From an uncultured Nitrospiraceae bacterium (GTDB taxonomy: Bacteria > Nitrospirota > Thermodesulfovibrionia > Thermodesulfovibrionales > Dissulfurispiraceae): 64,000 nucleotides of DNA. The notes under the pieces were generated by a model that worked only from the letters and a program-made list of their open reading frames with translations, did not search any database and had not been told where the DNA came from. The stretch lies in the NCBI GenBank assembly GCA_963705105.1, contig CAVPIW010000005.1:320001-384000 (forward strand). Direction: 5' to 3'. Position numbers and translations under genes: made by a program. Positions 19,045-27,741 of this stretch are shown piece after piece. Numbering within the stretch: the first letter of the stretch is position 1; every line of letters begins with the position of its first letter.

Positions 19045-19235
19045 CTATCTAACCTCATCTCTTCAAGGTTGCCGGTCCACTTAAGCTTACCCCTAAAACT
19101 CTTTATCTTTTCCTGACTTTTCATTAGCACCAACAGTTTCAGGCCCTCTTCTATTGCCTCTTTCTTTGTCTTAATTCCCGAAGTCCTGAGAGCAGATTCC
19201 ATCAGGTCGTCATTGATCACAACATTAGTTCTCAT
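19041..19235 (-). CDS. vapB: VapB antitoxin
   Basis: MRTNVVINDDLM RHH-type start, GGAGG RBS, ATGA overlap with vapC. Confidence 0.9.
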   Translation of the reverse strand: MRTNVVINDDLMESALRTSGIKTKKEAIEEGLKLLVLMKSQEKIKSFRGKLKWTGNLEEMRLDR

Positions 19236-19247
19236 ACGCCACCTCCT

Positions 19248-19277
19248 ATGTGTATCAATATCTCCTATTATACACAT
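19248..19277. promoter_or_regulatory. Probable VapBC autoregulatory operator
   Basis: Inverted repeat ATGTGTAT-N14-ATACACAT just upstream of vapB. Confidence 0.55.
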
Positions 19278-19348
19278 CAATGAGTCAATTTGGCAGTCCT
19301 ATGTTGTTGAACACGTAACGTAGTAGCGGAGGGGGTCAAGTAGCGGAG

Positions 19349-20276
19349 GGGGTCAGGTCTTGTTTCTTGCATTTTCCATCCTGCTGATCCTGCTTACCGT
19401 TGAGGAATGGATGCCGAGGAAATCCCCAACCTCCTTCAGGCTGTATCCATGTTCCATAACGGCCCTTTTGATCGCTGATGCCCTATGCTTTTCGCCTGTA
19501 GTCCCCTCTTCCTCAAACAGGCTTTCAAGTGATGGCCTTCCCGCATATCGCTGCCTCTTGGGGATCTCTTTGATATCCATCTGTCCTTTGACGTATCCGT
19601 GCAGGCGGTCGACGAAGTCCTCATCACCAAGGATGCTCTGCCCTTTGACCTTCTCCCATATCCCTTTTTCATTTATGCCGGCCGCCACAAACTCACGGTA
19701 TTTTGTCGCAGCCTGCCGCCTCTTTGATCCGAATTGTCCCAGGATCCAGTCCGTTGTGAGGCAGAGATGAGGTTCTTCAAGGGCCGCCATCGCTCGGTAA
19801 CTGCTCCATGTCCAGTCCTCGGGCTTTCCTGCTGCTTTCGCCCTGACCGGATTCAGAACAACGTATCTGCAAACCTCAAGGAGATAACTTTCCTTCTCTA
19901 TCAGGATCGCCTTATACCTGCCCTGAAGGAGGTGGCCGACACGGGTATGTCGTTTGTTGAAAAGCTGCGTGTATACGCCGTTAAGTTGTCTCATGCCTCG
20001 CGAGAGGTTTCCCTCCGGTGTTTCAACAACCAGGTGATAGTGATTGTTCATGAGACAGTAGGCGTGGCAGAGCCAATTGTAGCGTTTGTTGACTTCATGG
20101 AGGATATCAAGGAAGGCCCGTCGGTCAGCATCGTCCCGATAAATGAGTTTCCGCTCATTACCCCGGGAGGTTATGTGATAGAGTGCACCGTCGTATTCTA
20201 TCCTCAGCGGCCGGGCCATTTCACCTAAGAATAGCATATCTCCATGGGGAGATTGCAAGAAACAAGACCTGACCCC
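19349..20276. mobile_element. Tyrosine-transposase element bounded by 23-bp perfect TIRs
   Basis: GGGGTCAGGTCTTGTTTCTTGCA at 19349-19371 and its reverse complement at 20254-20276. Confidence 0.8.
19353..20219 (-). CDS. RAYT-like Y1 (HUH) tyrosine transposase with C-terminal HTH
   Basis: MARPLR, YHITSRGN, LMNNHYHL (HUH), YVVLNPVRA, WSSY; C-terminal HTH. Confidence 0.9.
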   Translation of the reverse strand: MARPLRIEYDGALYHITSRGNERKLIYRDDADRRAFLDILHEVNKRYNWLCHAYCLMNNHYHLVVETPEGNLSRGMRQLNGVYTQLFNKRHTRVGHLLQGRYKAILIEKESYLLEVCRYVVLNPVRAKAAGKPEDWTWSSYRAMAALEEPHLCLTTDWILGQFGSKRRQAATKYREFVAAGINEKGIWEKVKGQSILGDEDFVDRLHGYVKGQMDIKEIPKRQRYAGRPSLESLFEEEGTTGEKHRASAIKRAVMEHGYSLKEVGDFLGIHSSTVSRISRMENARNKT

Positions 20277-20291
20277 ATGATCGCTTCACTG

Positions 20292-21074
20292 TCAGCCCAT
20301 GATGTTCAGGCCGCTGTCGACGTACAGCACCTCTCCCGTCATATGACGTGCGAAGGGGGACGCGAGGTAGGCACAGGCATAGCCCACATCCATGATGCCG
20401 ACAAGTTCTCCCATTGGCGAGCGGGCTGCCGCTGAGTTCACCATCTGGTCGAAGTCCTTCAATCCTGAAGCGGCCCTTGTCTTGACAGGTCCCGGCGAGA
20501 TCGCGTGGACGCGGATCTTCTGCGGCCCGAGCTCCCAGGCAAGATAACGGCAGACCGATTCGAGGGCTGCCTTGACCGGCCCCATGACGTTGTAATTGGA
20601 CACGACCTTGTCGGCGCCGTGAAAGGTCATCGTGAAGAGGCTGCCGCCATCCTTCATGAGCGGCGCGGCGAGCCGTGCCATGCAGATGAAGGAGTGGCAG
20701 GAGATATCCATCGCCATGGCAAAACCTGCGGAGGAACAGTTGAGAATGCCTCCCTGCAGGTCGTCCTTCGGGGCGAATGCGATGGCGTGGACGAGCATGT
20801 CCAGTTTGCCCCACTCCTTTTCGATGCGCCCGAAGACCGCCTCCAGTTCTCCCGGTTTGGACACATCAAGGGGCATGAAGATCGGGGCCTCCAGCTCCTT
20901 TGCCAATGGTTCGACATAGGGTTTCGCCTTCTCGTTCAGATAAGTGACCGCCAGGTCGGCGCCCCACTCCCTGAAGGCCTTCGCGCACCCATAGGCGATG
21001 GAATGTTCGTTCGCAATCCCGGCCACCAATGCCTTTGCGCCCGCAAGCGCACCGTTAGGGAACCTACTCATCAT
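20292..21074 (-). CDS. fabI: Enoyl-ACP reductase
   Basis: GIANEHSIAYG, YNVMGPVKAALE, ISPGPVKTRAASG. Confidence 0.93.
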   Translation of the reverse strand: MMSRFPNGALAGAKALVAGIANEHSIAYGCAKAFREWGADLAVTYLNEKAKPYVEPLAKELEAPIFMPLDVSKPGELEAVFGRIEKEWGKLDMLVHAIAFAPKDDLQGGILNCSSAGFAMAMDISCHSFICMARLAAPLMKDGGSLFTMTFHGADKVVSNYNVMGPVKAALESVCRYLAWELGPQKIRVHAISPGPVKTRAASGLKDFDQMVNSAAARSPMGELVGIMDVGYACAYLASPFARHMTGEVLYVDSGLNIMG

Positions 21075-21090
21075 CCTGTAACCTCCTTTA

Positions 21091-21311
21091 CCTCAGCGTT
21101 TACCATTGTGTTACATATGCCTTCCGGAAGGCGGGGCGAAGATGCCGAAAAGCCTTGGTGCTGCGAAACCTTTGCCTTCCCATACGGATCATTTCAGGCT
21201 AACGGTTTATGACAGGTCGGGTGAAACCCCAATGTCCAATTTCAAATGATCATGCTCGCTATCAGCAAGGCTTTGAGGCAATTTGTCCCGCCTTTTCACG
21301 CAACGACGAGG
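21091..21311 (+). mobile_element. Diverged family A MITE copy between ackA and fabI
   Basis: CCTC...GAGG termini, flanks TTTA/CTTA (the latter holds the ackA stop codon), CAGCAAGGCTTTGAGGC arm. Confidence 0.7.
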
Positions 21312-21312
21312 C

Positions 21313-22491
21313 TTATCCAAGCACTCGCCTCGTATGGCGCGCGATCATCATTTCTTCGTTGGTCGGAATGACCCACGCTGCAACCCGTGATGCACCGGTG
21401 CTGATGCGGGGACCTCCTGCCCTGTTTGCATCGGCGTCAAGCTCCACGCCAAGCCATGCTGCATCGAGGCAGACGCGTTCCCGTATCTGCGCCGAGTTTT
21501 CACCGATCCCGCCGGTGAACACGATCGCATCGACTCCTCCGAGGGCCGCGACGAGCGATCCCATCTCACGCCTGATGCGATAGAGAAAAACGTCGATGGC
21601 GATGCGTGCCCCCGGCTCGTCGCTCGCCAGCAGGGTCCGCATGTCGCTCGATAGGCCCGACAGGCCGAGCAGTCCGGACTGCGTGTAGATCAGCTTCTCA
21701 ATGGCCCGGGCGTCCATGCCGCGCCCATCCATGAGATACAGGAGAACTCCCGGGTCCAGGGCGCCGCTCCGCGTCCCCATGGGCAGGCCCTCGACACCGC
21801 TGAACCCCATGGTGCTCGTCATGCTCCTGCAGTTTTCCAGGGCACACATGCTTGCGCCGTTGCCGAGATGGAGCACGACGGTCCTGCCCGAAGCCGCCCC
21901 CTTATCGAACTCCGGCAGCACCGAGGCGATGTATTCATAGGACAGGCCGTGAAAGCCGTAGCGCATCACTCCCGCCTCTGCGTACTCCCGGGGCAGCGCG
22001 TAGAGTTGGGCTACGTGGGGGTTTGTGCGATGAAAGGAGGTGTCAAAACAGGCGACCTGGGGGAGGTCGGGGCGGCGTTCCAGGAGGAGCCGGATGGGCG
22101 CCAGGTTGTTCGGCTGGTGGAGCGGGACGAGAGGGATCAGCCGCTCAAGGGCGGCCAGCACCTCCGCGTCGACCCGCACCGGCTGCGTGTAATCCAACCC
22201 CCCGTGGACGACGCGATGGCCGACACCTAAGAGGTGGTGGCCGGAAAATTCACCCCGCACATATGCGACCAGGTGTTCGAGGGCCCCTTCATGGCCGAGC
22301 TTGGTGCCCTCAGGCCATGACTTCTCAGAGATGACCGTGCCTTCCCCGTCTTTTGCAACGAAGTGCGGAGCGGTGTAGATGCCCTCGGCCTGCCCGCGGG
22401 CAAGGATCTCCGCCTGACCGTCGCGGAGGACGAAAAGAGAAAACTTAATGCTCGAGGAACCGGCGTTCAGGACTGCAATCGTATCCGCCAT
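21313..22491 (-). CDS. ackA: Acetate/propionate kinase
   Basis: LNAGSSSIK, GHRVVHGG, YGFHG, HLGNGAS, FTGGIGEN, PTNEE. Confidence 0.95.
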   Translation of the reverse strand: MADTIAVLNAGSSSIKFSLFVLRDGQAEILARGQAEGIYTAPHFVAKDGEGTVISEKSWPEGTKLGHEGALEHLVAYVRGEFSGHHLLGVGHRVVHGGLDYTQPVRVDAEVLAALERLIPLVPLHQPNNLAPIRLLLERRPDLPQVACFDTSFHRTNPHVAQLYALPREYAEAGVMRYGFHGLSYEYIASVLPEFDKGAASGRTVVLHLGNGASMCALENCRSMTSTMGFSGVEGLPMGTRSGALDPGVLLYLMDGRGMDARAIEKLIYTQSGLLGLSGLSSDMRTLLASDEPGARIAIDVFLYRIRREMGSLVAALGGVDAIVFTGGIGENSAQIRERVCLDAAWLGVELDADANRAGGPRISTGASRVAAWVIPTNEEMMIARHTRRVLG

Positions 22492-22499
22492 ATGACGCC

Positions 22500-23894
22500 T
22501 CACATGTTCTGACCCGGCGCCGCACCGCGCTTCGCATGGGCGACGAGGGTCATGACCGCAATGGATGCGAGACGGGTGCGCACGCTGTCGGCCCGGCTTG
22601 TGAGCACGATAGGCACACGGGTGCCCGCGATGATGCCCGCCCCGTCGGCGCCGGCCAGATACTGGAGCTGTTTCGCCAGCATGTTTCCCGCTTCCAAATC
22701 GGGGACGAGCAGGATATCTGCCCTTCCCGCCACGGGGGAATCGATCTTCTTCGTCCTCGCCGCCTGCTCACTGACCGCGTTGTCGAAGGCGAGGGGCCCG
22801 TCGAGGATACCACCGGTGATCTGTTTCCTGTCCGCCATCTTGCAGAGCGACGCCGCCTCGATGGTGGAAGGGATGTCGGGGTTCACCGTCTCGACGGCCG
22901 AGAGGATCGCCACCTTCGGCTCTTCGATCCCCAGGATATGGGCGAGGTCGATGGCGTTCTGGACGATGTCCACCTTCTCCTTGAGCCCAGGAGCGATGTT
23001 GATGGCGGCATCCGTCACCAGAAGGACCCGCGGATAGGTGGGTACGTCCATGACGAAGACGTGGCTGATGCGGCGCGTCGTGCGAAGCCCAGTGGCCGAA
23101 GGCACAACAGCGCTCATCAGCTCGTCCGTATGGAGACTCCCCTTCATGAGGGCCTCCACCTCGCCGGCTCGGGCCATGGCCACTGCCTTCTCCGCGGCTG
23201 CATGGCTGTGCTCCACATCCACGATACGATACGATGAGATGTCCACGCCCGCACCCTGGGCCGCTTCACGGATCTTTGCCCCGGGCCCGATCAGCACCGG
23301 CGTGATCAGTTTGCGTTTTGCCGCCTCGATCGGTCCGGCAAGGGAGTCGTGATCGCAGGGGTGGACAACGGCGCAGATCACCGGCTGCAGTCCCTCACAG
23401 CTCCTGATGAGGCGGGCGAAAACGTCGGTGCGGCGGAAGATGACCTCCGGTGTGGCCAGATCGGTATAACTGATGCGCTTCACCGGCGCCGCAACGGTCG
23501 CTGTGCCGGAGGCGATCACGTCGCCCGTCTCGTTCGTGCAGCGGCAGTCGAAGAGGATCTCCTTCCCCTCCGTTCGTTTCTCCCTCGCCGTGACTGTCGC
23601 CGAGAGGGTGTCGCCCAGCACGATGCGTCCGTGGAATGTGAGGTTATGGGAGAGGATCGTCGTGCCCGGTCCGGGCAGCCGGCGGTTGAGGAGATGGGAG
23701 AAAAGGGCCTCGGCGGCCACCGGTTCGGCCGACGGAATATGTTCCGGCCCACGTTCCCGTTCGACATGGGCCTCGTCGACATCTCCTGACACGAGGATGA
23801 GAGATTCCACATCGGTCCGGGACATGGTGCGAGAAACGGTGACGGACTGGCCGACCTCGATCTCGTCGAATGTCACATTGGTGAAAGAGCTCAT
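22500..23894 (-). CDS. Bifunctional MaoC-like enoyl-CoA hydratase / phosphate acyltransferase
   Basis: N-terminal LPGPGT hotdog fold; LMKG, DGPLAFDNA, LTSRAD of the PTA/PTB family. Confidence 0.9.
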   Translation of the reverse strand: MSSFTNVTFDEIEVGQSVTVSRTMSRTDVESLILVSGDVDEAHVERERGPEHIPSAEPVAAEALFSHLLNRRLPGPGTTILSHNLTFHGRIVLGDTLSATVTAREKRTEGKEILFDCRCTNETGDVIASGTATVAAPVKRISYTDLATPEVIFRRTDVFARLIRSCEGLQPVICAVVHPCDHDSLAGPIEAAKRKLITPVLIGPGAKIREAAQGAGVDISSYRIVDVEHSHAAAEKAVAMARAGEVEALMKGSLHTDELMSAVVPSATGLRTTRRISHVFVMDVPTYPRVLLVTDAAINIAPGLKEKVDIVQNAIDLAHILGIEEPKVAILSAVETVNPDIPSTIEAASLCKMADRKQITGGILDGPLAFDNAVSEQAARTKKIDSPVAGRADILLVPDLEAGNMLAKQLQYLAGADGAGIIAGTRVPIVLTSRADSVRTRLASIAVMTLVAHAKRGAAPGQNM

Positions 23895-26221
23895 GATTTC
23901 GCCCCCTTGCTCATCCGGGGCATTTCTTTCTCCTTGAGGTCGAGCACCTCTCCGATACGCTTCAGCATGGCCCGCTGCTCCGGGGTCGCCCCCTCCAGGT
24001 GTACGCGCTTGTCGGAGAGCACGCGGTCGAAGAAGGTCAGCAGCTTCTTCCTGTCCGCCGGGTCTTGCAGGAGCCGGGGCAGGGTCTCAATGGCCTTTTC
24101 GGGCTCGTAACGGACGACGATCTCCTGCTCGCCCCTGATGCGGCGCATCTGATCGCGGGGCATGTCGGGAAGGAGGTCCCGGTATTCTCCTATCAGCTCC
24201 TCTTTGAGGTCCATCCGCGACAGCGGGATCGGCTCGCCGCGGCGTGCAAGGAGCGCCCCTACGCGTGCCAGGGCCTCGGGATAGCCGCCCTCTCCTATGG
24301 AAGCGAGCGCTTCCTGCACGAACGGCAGCTCCCGAGGGTCCTGCGCCTTCGGCACTTCGGCCGCTTTCGCCTCCTGCTTGTCCTCCATATACAGGATGAA
24401 CATGGCGCCGTATGTCTGAAAGAAGAGGGCCTCGCTGACGGCGTCACGGATGTCACGGTACAAGTTGAAAGAGGCGCTCAGGAGGTCCGACACCATTCGC
24501 TCCGCTCTGCGGAGGGGCTGGTCGGGCTCAACAGGCTGACGTTGCTGTTTGACGTATTCTGCAGCGGGCTTGAGCCACCAGAGCCAGGGGTTCCGGTCAG
24601 AAAAGAACCAGCGCTGGAAGCGGAGCGGGTGAAATTCGCGGGCCAGTTTGGCCGACATATTGTTGGACAGGGCCTGGACCAGGGGCTGTGCAAAAAGCTC
24701 GTAGGCCTGCTGGTTGAAATCGGAAATCGCCTCGACGGCCTCGAAGGGCTTCTCGTCGGCACGTTTGAGGCGGTTGAGCCGACCGACGACATCCTCGAGC
24801 CGGTGTTCGATGAATTCGACGTCGTACCGGACCTTGCCGTCGTCACCCTTCGATTCATTTATCTTCATGCCGTAGAGCCCGGGAGGGAGGGCCTCGATGG
24901 ACTTCAGAACCGAAACGATCTGCTTGTGCTCCTTCTTCGCGACCTTACCGGACACGAATATGCCCAGGTGACCGATGTCCTGGTGCAGCAGGCCGACGAT
25001 CGTCTGCCCCCGGGCCTTGATCTCATCGGTCGAGCCGTACACGTCCGCAACCCAGTTGAATGCCTGCTGCGGCGGCGTGATGTTGTCGCCCATAGAGGCG
25101 AAGAGGACGATCGGGGATTTGATCTCGCGCAGATCGAAGGGTTTGCCGCCCTTCGCCCGCACTTTACCCGTCCACAGGTCGTTTCCGACGAAAAGCTCCT
25201 GGACGATCCACTCTATCTCCTCCCGGTTAAGGAGGTAGAAGCCTCCCCACCACCGCTCAAACTCCAGGAAACGGGGCGGTTCCGTGTCGACGTTGGCAAA
25301 TACATGATAGTACTTGTCCCAGAAGGTATTCGCCGGGTTCAGGTTTTCCATGTTCTGGACGAGATAGGCGCCGTCGAACAGACCGTCGCCGAGGTCGGCC
25401 GCCAAAGAGGCCATCCAAGTCCCGCCGAGCATGCCGCCGGCATACCGCATGGGGTTGTCGCCCTCTCCCTCTTTCCAGGCGCCGCCCCAATAAGACATGG
25501 GCGCCCCGTTGATCACGATCGGGCCCGTATCATCAGGGTCCGAGGCGGCGAGCATCATGGCCGCCCATCCGCCCTGGCAGTTGCCGAGGATGGCCGGCTT
25601 GGAGCTATCGGGATGCAACTCCCGGACCTTATGCACAAAATGCGACTCGGCTTCACACACGTCAAGCAGCGTCTGTCCGGGCTCCGGTTGCGGAAAGAAG
25701 ATGATGAAATAGACCGGGTGCCCCTCGCGCAATGCCACACCGACCTGCGAGTCGTCCTTGAAACCGCCGATGCCAGGGCCGTGGCCGGCGCGCGGATCGA
25801 TGATGATATAGGGGCGACGCTTCGGGTCGACGGTCACTCCCGCGGGAGGAATGATGCGCAGGAGGGCATAATTCACGGGACGCTCGAACGTGCGGGCGTC
25901 AACGACGATTTCGTAGTCGAAGTGCAGGACCGGCGGCTTGCCGGCCTGTTCGTGCTCGACGAAATTATCGCCCCTCCGGCGAATCGTATCCCAGAACAGG
26001 ACCGAGCGCTGCGCGAAGTCCGTGGAGTACTGCAGCCAGTTCGTCCAGATTTCCCAGGGCGATAGAGGCTTGCCGACGAGGTCGGCGATCTGCTTGCTGT
26101 ATGCCGCCTGAACGCTCTCATTGAAACGCTTCTGGGCCAGCTCCACCCGTTTCCGGAAGAGCTTGCCGACTTTGGCTGAGAGCTCCTGGTTCTCAGCGAT
26201 CTTCTTTGACACATCCTTCAT
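23891..26221 (-). CDS. DUF3141 alpha/beta-hydrolase-like protein
   Basis: DPRAGHGPGIGGFK, GNCQGGW, GDNITPPQQA, GHLGIFVS motifs. Confidence 0.88.
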   Translation of the reverse strand: MKDVSKKIAENQELSAKVGKLFRKRVELAQKRFNESVQAAYSKQIADLVGKPLSPWEIWTNWLQYSTDFAQRSVLFWDTIRRRGDNFVEHEQAGKPPVLHFDYEIVVDARTFERPVNYALLRIIPPAGVTVDPKRRPYIIIDPRAGHGPGIGGFKDDSQVGVALREGHPVYFIIFFPQPEPGQTLLDVCEAESHFVHKVRELHPDSSKPAILGNCQGGWAAMMLAASDPDDTGPIVINGAPMSYWGGAWKEGEGDNPMRYAGGMLGGTWMASLAADLGDGLFDGAYLVQNMENLNPANTFWDKYYHVFANVDTEPPRFLEFERWWGGFYLLNREEIEWIVQELFVGNDLWTGKVRAKGGKPFDLREIKSPIVLFASMGDNITPPQQAFNWVADVYGSTDEIKARGQTIVGLLHQDIGHLGIFVSGKVAKKEHKQIVSVLKSIEALPPGLYGMKINESKGDDGKVRYDVEFIEHRLEDVVGRLNRLKRADEKPFEAVEAISDFNQQAYELFAQPLVQALSNNMSAKLAREFHPLRFQRWFFSDRNPWLWWLKPAAEYVKQQRQPVEPDQPLRRAERMVSDLLSASFNLYRDIRDAVSEALFFQTYGAMFILYMEDKQEAKAAEVPKAQDPRELPFVQEALASIGEGGYPEALARVGALLARRGEPIPLSRMDLKEELIGEYRDLLPDMPRDQMRRIRGEQEIVVRYEPEKAIETLPRLLQDPADRKKLLTFFDRVLSDKRVHLEGATPEQRAMLKRIGEVLDLKEKEMPRMSKGAKS

Positions 26222-26265
26222 GGTTACCTCCCCAAGTAATAGTAGTCATTAAGTCATTAAATCAT

Positions 26266-26423
26266 TATTAACCCGGCAATTAAACAGATGAACTGCGCTA
26301 TGCTTTGTCATTCCGGCTTGTCCGGAATCCTTCCCTATTTTCAGAAGGATTGCCGACGCCCCCGCATCAAGTGCGGGGTTGCGGCAATGACAGGATTACT
26401 GGTATTTAATTGGCGGGTAAATA
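26266..26423. mobile_element. MITE-like element family C copy 2 with GTCATTCC doublet (26307-26391)
   Basis: TIR TATTAACCCGGCAATT...AATTGGCGGGTAAATA. Confidence 0.65.
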
Positions 26424-26443
26424 GTCAGCAGTCGAAGTCGGGA

Positions 26444-26698
26444 CCACGTTACGATTGCCCAAGCGGGAAGGCTGATGTGGTGAAAAGCCTTTCCGCTAAG
26501 ATACCCTGTTCATCCCCAGACCACCCTTTGCCGTGTCTGTTGATATCACAAGCCCGACAGGCAACAGGCGCTGAACACCCTGAGATGTCTCATCATCGCA
26601 TTGGAAAGGCCTTGAACCATATCTGCCTTCCCGGAGACAGTGTCGCCATCAGCAAGGCTTCGAGGCACTTTGTCCCGCCTTTTCACGCAACTGCAGAG
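26444..26698 (+). mobile_element. Diverged family A MITE copy with long unique core
   Basis: Right arm GTCGCCATCAGCAAGGCTTCGAGGC...CCCGCCTTTTCACGCAAC; left arm degenerate. Confidence 0.55.
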
Positions 26699-26703
26699 TC
26701 AAT

Positions 26704-27660
26704 TCACTCGACCTTCTTCCAGGACGGATCGGGATCGTACTTCTTGATCTTCCCGGCAAGACGTGCCGTGTCCGGCCCGAGGTCCTTCTGGTAGACGACC
26801 CCTTCGTGATTCACCATGAAGGTCATGATGCCCGAGGAGCCGTACTTTGCCGGGTGTGCCACCATGCCGTAACCGAGGATCATCTTGCCCTTTGCAACGT
26901 AATCAAAGGCGCCGCCGTTTGCATGTTTTCCCTGCGCCTTCAGGATATTGAAGTAGTATCCATGGAAAGGAGCAGGCTTGCCTCCGCCACCTTTCTTCCC
27001 GTAACCCTCGGCGGCAGCCCGCGCAATGCGTGGACCGACAGGGCTTTCGGGTTCTCCTTCCTTCGGCTCCCAGTACAGACCGTCCTTCTTGCCGGGAGTG
27101 CTCATGATCTTCTGCGCGTAAGGGTAGATGCCATCGCCGTCCCAGTCCCTGTTGGCATACTCGCGCTGTAAATCCACGTAGGCCCGCATGATTTCGATGA
27201 CGCGGAGTTCGTTCCTGCCGATCCGGCGGTTGAAGAGCTCCTGCTGCCCCGCCTTCACGTCGAAGTACCACGCATCCCCCCTCTTCACGACGGGGATCGG
27301 AAAAGGCCAGTCATCGGCGCCGACGGAGAGGACGGCCTTGTTTGCCGACGGTTTCTCGATCTTGTGCTTCTCGTCATAGGCGGCTAAAAAGCGTGCAACG
27401 TCGGCCTTATCCGCCACGGGATCGCCCGAGGACAACAGGCCTTTGCCCCCTAGAATGGCCCAGACAGCCTCGTTGTCATTGGCCTTGATGCCGTTTACAA
27501 AGGCAGTGACCGCCTCTTCGGGAGAGGCAAAGCCTTTTTGCTTTATGGCCTTCGCCCCGGCGTCGCTGGCGACGCCGAAGAAAAGGGAAACAGCCAGAAT
27601 CAGGCTGAAAAGGAATCCGCACAGTGTAACCTTTTGCAGCGTGTGCAGTGCATTCTTCAT
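26704..27660 (-). CDS. DUF2950 family protein
   Basis: WPFPIP, RRIGRNE, DGLYW, PFHGYYF, YGSSGIMTFMVN. Confidence 0.9.
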   Translation of the reverse strand: MKNALHTLQKVTLCGFLFSLILAVSLFFGVASDAGAKAIKQKGFASPEEAVTAFVNGIKANDNEAVWAILGGKGLLSSGDPVADKADVARFLAAYDEKHKIEKPSANKAVLSVGADDWPFPIPVVKRGDAWYFDVKAGQQELFNRRIGRNELRVIEIMRAYVDLQREYANRDWDGDGIYPYAQKIMSTPGKKDGLYWEPKEGEPESPVGPRIARAAAEGYGKKGGGGKPAPFHGYYFNILKAQGKHANGGAFDYVAKGKMILGYGMVAHPAKYGSSGIMTFMVNHEGVVYQKDLGPDTARLAGKIKKYDPDPSWKKVE

Positions 27661-27741
27661 GTGTTCCTCCCATCGGGAAATGTGCTGCGGTCTGCTCACT
27701 GAGTGCAAGGCACCTGTGAGCCCGGCGACAGGTGAAGCAGG

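Noticed and set aside
23999..26065. Long antisense ORFs (also 6411-8093, 41953-43473, 52176-54590, 57884-59506)
   Set aside because: Shadow ORFs opposite well-supported genes in GC-rich DNA, with no recognisable motifs.
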